From contig NW_027191458.1 of the NCBI RefSeq assembly GCF_011745625.1, positions 372,001 through 436,000 of the forward strand: a DNA stretch of 64,000 bases, given 5' to 3'. Shown in pieces: positions 27,699 to 39,899 of this stretch (position 1 is the first letter of the stretch; each line of letters begins with the position of its first letter). The position numbers and the translations under genes are program-made. The stretch comes from Cladosporium halotolerans. Lineage: Eukaryota. A model generated the notes under the pieces. The model was given only the letters and a program-made list of their open reading frames with translations. It was not told the DNA's origin and did no database searches.

Positions 27699-29252
27699 TC
27701 ATCTTCCCGCTCTCCCCTCGTCGTCCTTGTCATCCTGATATTTCCAACCAAAGCCCCCAATACCTTGCTTCCTCGTTAGAGCATACACACAAGCAAAGCA
27801 CGCCGCCTCCACCCCAAGATTCACCGCCATCGCAAGCCCAAGCTGACTCAAATGCCCACCCAGCCCCTCCCACCCTCCTTGCCCCGGCCTCATACCCCAA
27901 ACCCTCTCCCCAACACCCGACCCCGCCACAGCCCCCGTCAGCGGCATCTCCGACGCCAAATACTCCCTCGCCACCTTCCGCATCACCGCCACCTCAACCG
28001 GCAGCAGCAGCACTTTCACGAGGAACATATCGACCCGCATCCCCAGCCACGTCGCCGGCAAGCGCGCCAGCGCCGTGCTCCGGTGGCTGACAACGCCGAG
28101 ATCGTAGGATTCCCGCGCCGCCGAGCCGTAGTGCACGTCGGTCTCGAAGCCGTGCGTCGCGCCCGCGCGGTGCGTCTCGTACATGCGCCAGCCGGCGAGG
28201 TGCAGGAATTTCTGTCTGATGGTCCAGGTGTAGTGCAGGATGGTGCCGAAGGGGTCGAGGAGGGGCGAGGTGGGCGGGAGGGTGCTGGCGCTGATGGGTT
28301 CGCTGATGGCGGGGAGGCGGTGCGAGGTCAGGTCGCTGAAGGCGGGGGCTTCGGGGCTGGGGTCGCGGGTTAAGAGACTGTAGCCTATGAGGTAGGGGGC
28401 GGAGGTTGTAAGGAAGGAGGCGGGGCTGGCGAAGGTGGTTTTGTAGGAGGCGCGGGTGAAGGAGGGGAGGTGGGCTGTGAAGAGGGGGCGCCAAGGGGTG
28501 GGCGCTGCGAGGTTGAGTTGGCGGGCGAGCGCGTAGGTTTCGAGGGGGAGGAGGAGCACGTCGATGGCGACGAGGAGGACGTCGACCAAAATAGTGAGCG
28601 AGCGGATGAGGCGTCGCGCTTGGCGGCGGGGCGTGTTGGAGGCGACGATGCGGTTTTGGATCGCACCGATGCTTTCTTCCGCCGTTAAGGCGAGGACTTG
28701 CCAGGTGACTTTGTGGAGGATGGCGATGCCCGCACCTGGCAAGAGGCCCAAGAGGATTCCACGCCAGCCGTGCCCAAAAACCATGTTTGCTTCTATTCGT
28801 AGAATGGTCAGGAAAGGCAAATTTGTTGAGTAAAGGCCAATTTGGATTCTCCTAATGAGTGTAGTGGGCCACCAAAGAGCGAACCACCCCACCACCTCGG
28901 CGAGCGCTCCCCATTCTTGGCCTCTGCCATCCTCCTGGGTCAAAAGCACTTCTCGCATTGAGCGTTTGAGGGTCATGTCCACCTGGAGTTTGGCATCGGC
29001 GGATTCTTTTCGTTCAACAACGCCAACGAGGGCCAGCACGGAATTCGAGGCGTGTCGAAGTTGAGCCTTCTGGGCATCTATCTCTGGACATGTCGGTCGA
29101 CCTTTGGAATCGTATTGCTGCCTGTAGATATTTGTCGCGTTGTCGTCAGAGTCAGGGCGGTGATCATCCTCTTCAGGTTCTGGTGTCTCCGGTAATGGTT
29201 GGAAAGCCGATCGGCCTAGGGCCATTCTTTCGAGATGCTGCAGGCGACCCAT
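27699..29252 (-). CDS. Hypothetical fungal protein of about 517 aa, several hydrophobic segments
   Basis: Long intronless ORF (ATG 29252, MGRLQHLERMALGRS) with protein-like composition and possible TM helices; no family recognised. Confidence 0.7.
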   Translation of the reverse strand: MGRLQHLERMALGRSAFQPLPETPEPEEDDHRPDSDDNATNIYRQQYDSKGRPTCPEIDAQKAQLRHASNSVLALVGVVERKESADAKLQVDMTLKRSMREVLLTQEDGRGQEWGALAEVVGWFALWWPTTLIRRIQIGLYSTNLPFLTILRIEANMVFGHGWRGILLGLLPGAGIAILHKVTWQVLALTAEESIGAIQNRIVASNTPRRQARRLIRSLTILVDVLLVAIDVLLLPLETYALARQLNLAAPTPWRPLFTAHLPSFTRASYKTTFASPASFLTTSAPYLIGYSLLTRDPSPEAPAFSDLTSHRLPAISEPISASTLPPTSPLLDPFGTILHYTWTIRQKFLHLAGWRMYETHRAGATHGFETDVHYGSAARESYDLGVVSHRSTALARLPATWLGMRVDMFLVKVLLLPVEVAVMRKVAREYLASEMPLTGAVAGSGVGERVWGMRPGQGGWEGLGGHLSQLGLAMAVNLGVEAACFACVYALTRKQGIGGFGWKYQDDKDDEGRAGR

Positions 29253-29731
29253 AGCTCTTATGACAATGGAAGAATCCCGAGTCACCCATCGACTGAGGAA
29301 CTTTGGGTACCAGAGATTCTAAGTCGTCCAGATGATTGTGGTGATCTACTCGAACGAACGTATTCACGCGGTTACATGCACGGACAAAGTCTGGCGGGGG
29401 TCTTTTGTGCCCCTGAGTCGATGGCTTGGGGTTGAACTGACGTAGTGAAAGATATGCAGGTGTCGAGATCAGCTAGAGAGGAAATGACCAAAAAATGTAG
29501 GTTATGAGAATACCTAGGTAGTGAGGGAAGACGAGGAACATGGACTTCCAATTCATCAGGCCAATGACAGGCACTCTGTAAGGTTGCTAGCGTCCCTCGG
29601 CACGCGGGCCGGCGCGCATCCTGGGGTACGTCGAGAAGCTTGCCGATAATATTTTCCAGCGGCGTCTGAAGCCCGAGATCAAATTCTAAAAACGAAAGGG
29701 CTCGCCGCAGCACTCCAGCCCGCCACCAGCC

Positions 29732-31510
29732 ATGTCGTCGTTCTTCACGCTGCCCGCCTCGCAGAAGAAGCGCAAGAGGCCTCAAGCAGCTGGAGACGCC
29801 ACCGAAAAGCGCGGTGCGTCCTCGCGACGCCAGGAAAGCCGCGACGAATCCATCTCCGGCAGCGACGTCTCGGACGACGATGCGCCTGCAGACGACTACT
29901 CTGGCTCGGAGTCGGAGGATGAGGAGTTCAAGAATGAGGACCCCGCTGCGAAGAGGATACGGCTGGCCGAGCAGTACCTTGCGAACACGCAAAAGGAGGT
30001 TCTTGAGCTGGGAGGATTCGATGCGGCGGAAATCGATCAGGAAATTCTGCGGAGCCGCATGGGCGAGCGGCTGAAGGAGGACACAGCAGAGGGCAAGGGA
30101 AAGCTCTATCGGTTTATCGCGGACGAGCTGGACTGGACTGGAGCACAGCACGATCATTTCAGGGCGGACACAAAAGGCGTCAACGGCGTGGCTATTGCTG
30201 GAAGGCATGTCTATTTCGTTACACAAGATCGCGCGTTAGTGAAGTGGGAACTGCCGGAACTCGAGACCTCTTCGGAAGACGGCGTCTCTAAGAAAAAGAC
30301 CTCAAGAAAACCAAAGAAGGTGGGCTTCACCCGTGGTAGCAAGACGGCAACACAACACCATCAGAAACAAATTCTTTGCGTCGCAGCATCGCAGGATGGC
30401 AAGTTCGTTGCGACTGGTGGCGCGGATAACAGGCTGATCATTTGGGACGCAAACACACTGAAGCCTTTAAAGATCTTCAGCGGGCTTCTTCGCGACAACG
30501 GACACAGAGACAGTGTGGTATCTGTTGTTTTCCGAAGAGGAACAAACCAATTGTTCAGCTCAAGTAAGGATAGAACGGTCAAGATCTGGAGCCTGGACGA
30601 GCTGGCATATGTGGAGACATTATTCGGTCATCAGGACGAGATCCTCGATGTGAGCGCTCTGGCGAACGAGACTTGCGTCACGGTGGGTGCACGCGACAGG
30701 ACCGCACGCTTCTGGAAAGTCGTGGAGGAGAGCCAGCTTGTCTTCCGTGGCGGCGGACCTGATCGCAAGATAAAGAAGGGAGAAGATGATGAAGGCATCA
30801 AACCACACTACGAGGGAAGCATGGAGCGCGTAACATGCATAGACGACGACACTTTCATCACAGGCTCTGACAACGGCTCGCTGTCACTCTGGAACATCCA
30901 CAAGAAGAAGCCGGTGTTCACTTACCCTCTGGCGCATGGTCTCGAGCCTCCTGCGCCGATCGAGCAGAGGAGCGCAGAGATGGACCCCACACAATCATTG
31001 GATGCTGAAGGTCCAATGTTGCTCGATCCGCAGCCTCGTTGGATTACCGCCCTGAAAGCCATTCCCTTCTCAGATGTCTTCGTAACTGGAAGCTGGGACG
31101 GGTACGTCAGAGCCTGGCGTCTTTCTTCGGACAAACGCCGAATTGAACCCCTTGATCCTCTCGCAACGCCCGAAATCGATGTTATCGCTGCGCTGGAGGA
31201 CGCAGGAATCTCATCCGCTGGTCTGGGAGCGGATGCAATGGACGCCATCTCAAGAGGAGCGCAAGCTCCGTCTCTCGTGAGGGGAGTCGTCAATGATCTG
31301 GCCATCGTGGACAAGGACGAGCGCGGCAAGAGCGGCTGCTACGTCCTTGCAGCTATCGGCCGAGAGCACAAGCTCGGGCGATGGGAGAGCTTCGATGGAA
31401 GGAACTGCGCGGTGCTCTTCAACGTGCCGCGAAGAGCGGGCGCCGACGAGTCGAACGCGGCAGATGGTGCTCAGGACAGCGATGCAGGCGACTTCGCGGG
31501 CTTCGACTGA
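29732..31510 (+). CDS. RRP9: U3 snoRNP-associated WD40 protein Rrp9 (U3-55K)
   Basis: 592-aa ORF. MSSFFT..KKRKR, acidic region, AAKRIRLAEQYL, WD repeats including SSKDRTVKIWSLDELAYVETLFGHQD and VGARDRTARFWKVVEESQLVFRGGG; C-terminal GREHKLGRW. Confidence 0.93.
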   Translation: MSSFFTLPASQKKRKRPQAAGDATEKRGASSRRQESRDESISGSDVSDDDAPADDYSGSESEDEEFKNEDPAAKRIRLAEQYLANTQKEVLELGGFDAAEIDQEILRSRMGERLKEDTAEGKGKLYRFIADELDWTGAQHDHFRADTKGVNGVAIAGRHVYFVTQDRALVKWELPELETSSEDGVSKKKTSRKPKKVGFTRGSKTATQHHQKQILCVAASQDGKFVATGGADNRLIIWDANTLKPLKIFSGLLRDNGHRDSVVSVVFRRGTNQLFSSSKDRTVKIWSLDELAYVETLFGHQDEILDVSALANETCVTVGARDRTARFWKVVEESQLVFRGGGPDRKIKKGEDDEGIKPHYEGSMERVTCIDDDTFITGSDNGSLSLWNIHKKKPVFTYPLAHGLEPPAPIEQRSAEMDPTQSLDAEGPMLLDPQPRWITALKAIPFSDVFVTGSWDGYVRAWRLSSDKRRIEPLDPLATPEIDVIAALEDAGISSAGLGADAMDAISRGAQAPSLVRGVVNDLAIVDKDERGKSGCYVLAAIGREHKLGRWESFDGRNCAVLFNVPRRAGADESNAADGAQDSDAGDFAGFD

Positions 31511-34500
31511 TCTGGCCTGGCGTGTATATCATAATGTATCAAATGCAGTCAATCAGCTGCCGCACCGATCCTGCGAGGATTCTGTTTCCAACCATTCCCA
31601 TTTCAACTTGACGGTCAGGGATCTCTTGCGAGCCTGGAGATTGCTCCGACCCTCCCGAGATGCGCACAGGAACTCTATAGGCGAAAAAAGCAAGGCTGCA
31701 GGGGCGAGTGCAAGGGTGTAGTGCGCAAGAATGATGCCCACATTCTTGCGAGCGACTTTGAGGGACAGTGCGTAATGATCACGGCGCAGACCCCCGCGAC
31801 TGTACATGTGCTGGTACGCTGTGTGATCGGGTGCCGTGATCCGCGCGGTGTCCTGAGCGTTTCCACTGGAAACACTCGAAAGCAGCCTAGCCTAGTCGAC
31901 AAGCGAATTGTGCCACGCAGATGCCTGTCAGCCTGCCCTTTGACATGCAGAAGTCAATTTTGAGCACCTGGCGGAATGTGCCATCGAAAGTCTGATTGAG
32001 AATCCCGATGTTCGCAAGTCTGGTAGCGTGATTCAGCCGTGAGTACCTTACAACTCTGTTTGTTGCAACCTCTAAACGACACGATACGAGACCTCGGGAC
32101 GTCCTGCTATGAGATGCCGCGTAGCTCGCGATGTTTGTCGAATCACAGTTATTCAACTAATGGTCTATGATTGTTCGAACCACATACTTGCCATCGAGAC
32201 CCAGCCCATCATGCGACCGTCGACGGCCAACGGCCGTATCGCCACTCGGATGTCATCTCAGCTCAGCCTCACCAAGTCGTTGCCGCGTGCGCATTCACGC
32301 GTGAGACCGCGCGAGACCAATTAATCCCACTTTAATCAACAAGGGAGCGGACCTCGGCCCGGTGGTGATAGCGTGCGTTGTGTGCCGGGGACCAGAGGCA
32401 GGAGTCCCACTCCCCCATGTGTGCCAGCGTTCACGCTTTTGCCCTACACGTCATGCCGATTGCACGCGCAGGTTTCGATCGCGAGCGCTGGCCTGCAGAT
32501 CATGTCGAGTGGCTTCCCTTGGCTGTTGCTGCACCGGCGGACCTACGTCCGACCATTCCCGCCTTTGTCTCTCGAGAGTGCGCGTGGGGTGGGGAGAGCT
32601 GTGCGCTGTACCTGTACCGGTGGTGCCTAGATGCACTGGTGTTGATGCGATGTGCTTCGCGAGGCATATGCTATGCTACGTAGGGCTGTACGGAAAAGGC
32701 CTTACTGGTAGATACGCACCCGGTGAGGATCCACGCGCTACGCGTCAGGTTTTAGCCTCGTGCTCTGTACGTACTGCTACTGCAAACCTTGATTTTAGCG
32801 GTTGCGGAAGCTCCTGTTCATCAGGCACACCTGGCGATCGCAACTACGCACAGATCGCTGTGGTCTATCCGGACCAAATCTGAACAGAAAATTACAAGAC
32901 ATGGCGAAACACGATACGCATTTCAGAAGACGCATCCAATACAGATGTGCCGGTTTGCGTTTCTTCACGCTATTATCGAAGTGAGGTAAAGTCAGTGGCC
33001 TGAAGTATTCATGAGACTCGTGCGCGGAAATTCGACACACTTACCCACTCAATCGTAGGCAGGCAAGAAAGGAACGATTGAACGGCAGCCTCAAACCCTT
33101 GCTATGCCCGCTCGCGACATTTGAAGTGTGAAGGACCAATGCAATAGCACTTGGCCCATATGCCGTATCAGCCTGCTCATCATCGATGCCTGCCCTCGAT
33201 ACAGCGATTCTGGCGATTCAATCGCCGATCATGTCGAAGCCGCAAAGCATGCGAACTTTCCAGGCCAGTATGTACAGTATACGGGTTACCTTTGTCAAAG
33301 AAGAAAGACACACGACTCCTGCGATTACGCCTTAAGTCGCTTATGTCGCGTGGTGCGACGATCCTATTGGGAGTGTAATGTACCGTACCAAGGCGGCGGA
33401 TGTGAGCCTCCAGCCACAAGCCATGGGAAAGCGCAGAAATCAGCCGAAGATGCAGAAGTCAAAACGGGAGCCAGGAATCACATTCGATCTGGCGATTCCA
33501 AGTGCGGGAAACCGAAATAGCACCCTTGCCCGAATTGGCATCGGCGATGCTCGGCAAGCCTGCCCGTCACACGGTCAATACTCCCTGAGACCGCTGGCCT
33601 TGTACAGACTCGCGCAGGCGGTTCGAGCCAGTATGTCGAGTTCGTAGAGCAGGAATGCAACAACAAATAGCTCGGGCCTTTCTCAAGAGCGTCAGGCACC
33701 TGTGATCGGAATCTGATCCTTCTCTCGTCGAAGACGCACCGACGATTGCCGGTGGCTGCAGCCTGCGACCCTTCTGCACGGCTCGCGCGGACTCGAGTCC
33801 GTGTCTGAATGCCAATGAGAACGCAGGGCGCTCGTTGGGAGAAGAGGCGTTGCAGCTCCCGCGTGTCAGGCTGCACTGTGCCGTACCGCCTGTCTCTCGT
33901 GACTTCCAGCGTTTTCTCGCGGAAGGTTTGCTCTTGGGCTCTGGCACGCCAACGGACGGGGTGCCGAAACGCTACAGACACCGGCATGGCCGGCTTGCGA
34001 TATTTCTCGGCCCAATGAATGCGGGCGCAGCCGCGAGAGCGCCCGGCGCTGCAGGAGCAAAGCATGCTAGGGCGGACGTCTCCCATTAGGCGCGATGCGG
34101 AGGGGAGGCTCGGTACGGACGCGGAGAACCCTCCGTCGACGCAATAACAGCGGGCGCACAGGACTGGCTTCCACGCTGGTCATAGGACGGGCCAGGGCGT
34201 GGCCGACAATGCGCAGCGACCTGCTTCACTCTTCGTCCCATGAATCATCGCAACCCTTGCTGCCAACCCGCGTTGGCCTACTGGAAGCGCTAGCCGTCCC
34301 AGGCTCCTCGCAAATCTCCTGCATCGTCGAGATCTCAGAGAGAAACGCATCTGCCACTCCAATCGGCTCGATCGCGAGCCACAGGGCCCCAATTACCGCG
34401 CAGATCGGGAGGACGACAGCATCGAGAACCCACCTTCGCCGCTCCCTGGCCATGACATCGTGCTTCTGCTCAACACCCTGAAGCAGCGCTTGGAAGTGAC

Positions 34501-34597
34501 CTGACGCGATTTCGCACTCAAGCGCTGTGCGCTTTTGTTCCAGCTCTGGTGTTCGAACGTGGGCAGACTCAATTTCGCCCCACCACTGCGCATTACG

Positions 34598-36336
34598 ATG
34601 GCCTCATCCGAATTTCGTGAGGCTCTGGATCGCTTGGGCCTTGCGCAATATCACGACGGCCTTGTTCAGGAAGCTTTCGATTCCTGGGAAGTCCTTGCCG
34701 ACATAACGGAAGAAGATCTGTGCGTCATTAACAACCATCTACCTTGACAACATCTCCATACTAACAGCCCTTTCAGAGACGCCCTCGGGGTAAAATTGGG
34801 CCATCGCAGGGTGTGTTACCGCCTGGCAAGACGGCAAGAGTCGCGTTGCCTCTCGCATCCGCCCGCCTACACGGCTCAAATTCTAACATATTCGTGCAGA
34901 TCCTACAGCGAGCAATTGCCGACTATCGCCAAAATGAACCTCAGTCGATGCCTGCCATTGATCAATCGAGCGCACCCAAGCACAAGACTACGAAATCAAA
35001 CGGATCTGTCGGCATACCAGATCACCAGACCGAAGCGAGCGGACCCCCTCGTGTGCAAACAGGTGGCAAACGAAAATACAGACGTCATCCAAAGGTATAT
35101 GCAGCGGTCTTCTCAGCTCGAGTTGCATGACTGACCAATTTCCAGCCTGACGATAATGCGCCCGACCGGCCGCCGTCCGCTTATGTTCTGTTCTCCAACC
35201 GTATGTAATTGCGTTCGCAACCCTCGTCTCCACCAAGAAATCTGTCAGCTAACCGCCATCGCAGAAGTGAGAGAAAGCCTGAAAGGGCAGGAGTATAGTT
35301 TCACTGAGATCGCCAAGACAGTGGGTGAAAAATGGCAGGTCCTCCCACCTGACGAGAAGGCGGGTTTCGAGAGCAGAAGTCAAGCTATGAAAGATCATTA
35401 CTATACTCAGCTTGCCGAGTATAAGAAGACGCAAGACTATGCCGACTACCAACGATATCTCGTCGATTTCAAGGCCAAACATGAGCCGAGGAGTATGTTC
35501 GATCCCCAACAACCATTACCGATTTTCTCTAACATATCACAGCCGGAAAAAGAGTGAAAGAAGACTCGCCGGCAAGTCCAGGCCGACGAGACAGCGGCGA
35601 TAGGTTCATGAGCAGCCCCGATACCAGAGACAGCAGCAACAACGGCAGCGAATATTCTCGCGGTGAAAAACGTCGTTCGGGCTTTGGTTCGCCGCGGATG
35701 CTCGGCCGTGGGGACTGGCGTCCCGCGATGCCGCAAGAGAGCAGCACAGAATCATCGTCTAGCAGGCTAGCCATGGAACCGCACCACTCACCCCTACCCG
35801 CCAAACCGACTTTCGCCAGCGTCAACGGATCCCAGCCTCACAACACGTCCCATCTGAATTCCCATCGTCACATGAGCCAGAGCGCGACGCCGATGGGTGA
35901 CCACCCTATGGCCGTAAGCACTAGCATTGCGTACGGGTTTCATCCAATGCTAACCACGAATGGATCTGACTCGCCTGTGCCCTCGTTGGCGTCGCGGAGA
36001 TCCACGCTGGCAAGCGAACACTCTCTGCCTTCATTGAGACATTCGGAATCGTTGAGCTCTGGCAATTCGGCGGGCTCCCCCTTGAATACTTCCAACGGAT
36101 CTCTGCCTCCCTTCAATCGCGCGCTTCCGAGCAGGGAGCTGCCTCCTCCGTTTCTTACCAAAACTTCGTCCGGGACTCCATCGCTCCCTCCCATCAAGGC
36201 CCCCGGCTCCCCCGGGATCTATTCGCCGCAGGTTTCTGGACTCGCGACCCTCTTGCGCGCAGGGGAGCATCTGGCCTCCAATGGATCTAGAGACGACGCC
36301 CGTCCAGAGATCTATGACCCGGAGTCGAGGGCTTAA
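34598..36336 (+). CDS. SAM-domain + HMG-box DNA-binding protein
   Basis: join(34598..34719,34777..34810,34900..35094,35146..35200,35265..35492,35543..36336), all phases consistent. SAM (LDRLGLAQY..FDSWEVLADITEEDLDALGVKLGHRRILQRAI); HMG box (KRKYRRHPKPDDNAPDRPPSAYVLFSNQVRE..FTEIAKTVGEKWQVL). Confidence 0.88.
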
Positions 36337-36725
36337 GCGACCTCTCAACAGCGGCGGATCTTATTCTTCGCTTGCCAAAAACCTTCTCAGGACAATCACG
36401 CAGGAGTCTGGTGCTTAGGCAGGAATGGAATGGTGCCCGAAGATCTGGTCCGGGGGCAACAATGAACACGGAACGCGCACATTTTGGTTTTGGCTTCTTT
36501 CAGCGTGATACCATTTCTTTAAATTTGGACATGGCGAGATTGAGACCGGTGGCCTATGGGTGGCACCGGTTGAGCTATGCACGCATGCACATACGCGATC
36601 ACGACCTTCGCGAGCAAAGCAATATGGGACAGATGGCAGGACAGATGGCACGAATATATACACACACCGCTCGGTAATAAACTTCGATAATATTCTGGAG
36701 AGACTGTATTACTTCTCGTGATCGA

Positions 36726-37831
36726 TTATGCGGTTGCTTTCAGCATCAGAATTTCGGCCATGGCTTGCGGGTTCATGCCTGCCTGGCGTTTTTGTTGGAT
36801 GTACCGTTGCCGCACGGCGTGCCTTGTGCCGCCGAATGACATCGCTGCGGGTTGTGGGTTTGGCGTCGGTGCTGTTGAGGATCTCTCGTCTTCGTCGGAG
36901 GAAGAGTCTGAAGACTGGTCTCGTGACGGTTGTGATGATGTCTTGCCCTTGGCCTCTTTCCGTAGTCGCTTCTCCTCCTTTCGCTTCCTGCGTTCTTCTT
37001 TGCGGGCGCGCTTCTCTTGCTTGGCCAATGCCTTCTCGTCAGAATCTCCTGACTTGCCGTCCTTTTTGCGCTTTTCCTTGCGCTCTTTCTTGGACACGCG
37101 CTCCGAGGCCTCTTCCGTGTTCTCCGTTGCGGCCTCTTTCTTACTCTTTTTCTTCTGCTTCTTCTCCTTGACCGGCACCGGCACCGGCTCTGCCTCGCTC
37201 TCGTCACTGTTTGATGAAGACGCAGACTCAGCCTCGGACGTGTGCTTTCTCTTCTTCGACGACGCAGCCTCCACGGCCGGCGCCTCGTCCTCCGCCTTGC
37301 GCTTGTTCCCGTTCGCCTCCGCCTGCAACTGCTCCAGCTTCTTCTTCTCCTCCATCTTATCGCCAACCAGCAGCCCTCCATACACAAAGTTCAGCGTCCC
37401 CCACTTCCTCGACTGATAAGTCTGGAGCTCCAAATCGCGCTGCAAGTCCGACTGCTTCTGCACCTCCGCCTCGCTCTTCCCGTTCAATCTGCCAAAGATA
37501 CCCGACAGCGTGCTCAGCCCAAACGTCTCCGCGTTGCTCTTCCCCCTCTGCATCCCCAGGCCGGCATTGTCCTCGCGCAGCACGACGCGGATGTGCGATG
37601 CGTTCGCGGCGGTGTAGTGGTCTGAATGGTTTGCGTTTTCGGCGCCGAGGAACTGGCCGGGCTGCCAGCCGGATTTGGCCAGGAGCCTGTGGCCGTAGTT
37701 GTCCTTCGACTTCGCCCAGGCGGTATTGTTGGGGTCGGCGCCGATTTTGTTGCGTCTGGCGGGGCGGTTAGTCTCCGAAATAAGAGGGAGTTGGCACAAC
37801 TGGGTTACCTTTTCTGCCCGGCGAGTCCCAT
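36726..37831 (-). CDS. PXR1: G-patch protein PXR1/PinX1 (ribosome biogenesis, telomerase inhibitor)
   Basis: complement(join(36726..37755,37809..37831)). MGLAGQKRRNKIGADPNNTAW, G-patch (YGHRLLAKSGWQPGQFLG..HIRVVLREDNAGLG), KKE-rich tail, AVRQRYIQQKR..EILM. Confidence 0.92.
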
Positions 37832-38107
37832 CGTGAACAGATCTAGTGTCGGAGGGTTGCGTATGCGGGAATCTTGGTGAGAATGCGGCCTCGAGAAATC
37901 AGGCGCTGATATTGCGCCCGGGCCCGAATTCTTCGCAGTCTCGGCTTTTGCGCTGCAGGGTGCGGTTTGGCGCTAGGCGAATGCATGAGTGCCTCAGGCT
38001 GCAATATACAACAGCGTGCCTTCCAAGAGAAGACGAAGTTAAACTCGACTTCGCTCCTCAAAGACCTCATGCACCTAACGAACTACGCGAAAGGAGAACG
38101 CTCGAAA

Positions 38108-38637
38108 ATGGCGAATATACCATTAAAAGCTAGTTCAAGCGAGGAAAACGACTTAAACAGAGAGTCTCCAGGCGGCTCGCAAGCCCTGGACTTCAGCATC
38201 ATGCAGGCGCAGCACACGGCTACGGTTAGCATTCAATTCCAACGAATGGACGCTTTATCATCTTGGAATAATTTGCCAAAGGCCTCGAATAGGTGAAAGC
38301 AAGGCGCCGCAACGTCGAGTCACAGCTTCGCCAATCGCACGCGGAGGGTTTTGGGAACTTGAAGCGCCGACATGACGAGGACAAGGCTTCCTATGAGGAG
38401 AATCTGTGAGTGGCATCTACCGGCCACGATCCTTTCGATTCCCTCGATGTATTGATTGAGCCAAGCAAACAGGCGCAGCGTCCGCATCTCGACCGCCTCG
38501 CCCAGCTTCTTGAGAGGAAGCAGAAACTTGAGATCGAGATCGAAAGGCTCTGCGAGAATCTAGAGCGCGCCGATTCGGCTGTGGCAGAACAGCTGAGCGC
38601 GTGCATCAGAAACCGTGTGGATGCCTTGCGTGCTTGA
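38108..38637 (+). CDS. Hypothetical 133-aa coiled-coil protein (3 exons)
   Basis: join(38108..38224,38293..38405,38466..38637) is frame-consistent. Donors GTTAGC and GTGAGT; the last acceptor is AAG and branch sites are weak. Heptad-like LDRLAQLLERKQKLEIEIERLCENLE. Confidence 0.5.
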
Positions 38638-39899
38638 ATTTGTGTGATAGCATGCGTCGAAGATGCCTCTGACCTACCCGCAAACGAACACAATCTCTCG
38701 CTCCTTCTGCTACTGCCCAGCAAGTTTAAAGGATTCGGTGAGACGTCTATGGCTGATATGTGATTACATGGATGAGAGTATGTCCGTATTGGCAGATGTT
38801 GTTTCATCAGCCTGGCCTGGATCGAGGTGGCAAAAAAGCTTTCTTTGATACAGGGTACACTGGTCCGACTGGAGGTCCAAAGTGACGTTGCTTTAGCTCA
38901 AATAGAATGTCGGAGGACTGAGCGACTCAGCGAAGATCTTACCTCAATATGAAGATGCGGCAACAGATTCTTCATCCAAGCCTGTGACGTTGTTCGCCCG
39001 ATGCAAGTTTCAGGTGCCTTACCTACTCACCCTGTGGATAGACGGAGAGAGCACCATGTTGTGGCGAGACCTCCTCGCGCTTTTGAGTTTGTATGCGAAA
39101 CCGAGGAAAATCCATCGAGCCTACTCACCACAACGCCTAGAGCCTTTGACGATTGGCTGCGTGCATGAACCCAGGCCTAGACGCCACACAGGACTGCCTT
39201 CCCCGATGATTCGGCACGTGCTCCGCCGCTTCGTGAAGCAACACTTCCTGCCCTGAACCACAAGTCGTCCCAAAAAGGCAACCGCTCGATCAGAGCTTCT
39301 TCCTGCAAACATAGACAGCTTCGATACAGGTGAATAATGGAAATAAAGCTCGATGACGATTCCACGACGTCGTGGGCCTATCATATGTGGTTGGTCTTGA
39401 CTGCGAGATCGAGATCGCCCATCTTCACGGTCGATCACGCCAAGATCATGTTTGAATGATTGCCCCTCTCGACAGCAGCACGAATGTTAGTGATGATCTT
39501 TCAGGGCTCTTGGGGCCAAAACATGAAGCACTGATTTGACTTTGCCAACTTCGTTTGTGCGATGAGCACAGGTGGCATTGATGGCTCGGCGGCTGCTCAC
39601 CGGTACCTGGCTCCGGTACCTGCTGTAACCTTTCCGTCTCATGAGCCATGCCTGTTTTTCGGACGTGGGAAGGTCCTCAAAGATGCGAGCTATGTTTGAC
39701 TGGGTCAATATTGGCCTTGCAAATGCTAATTTTCAAATCTGTTCAAAACGCCTGGCCTATGCTGCCTGTGTATTCCCATGGTATATTGCTTGTTTCATAT
39801 CCCCAGCCGTGTACGCCTCGTGCAGAAGTATCCGTTCGCACCTCCGACCATGAAATGACCTCGTCTTTATCTCTCTCGCCACGGCTCTTGATGTTAGGG

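Noticed and set aside
38660..39890. Possible gene between the coiled-coil gene and the YTH gene
   Set aside because: Only short ORFs; I could not build a consistent spliced model.
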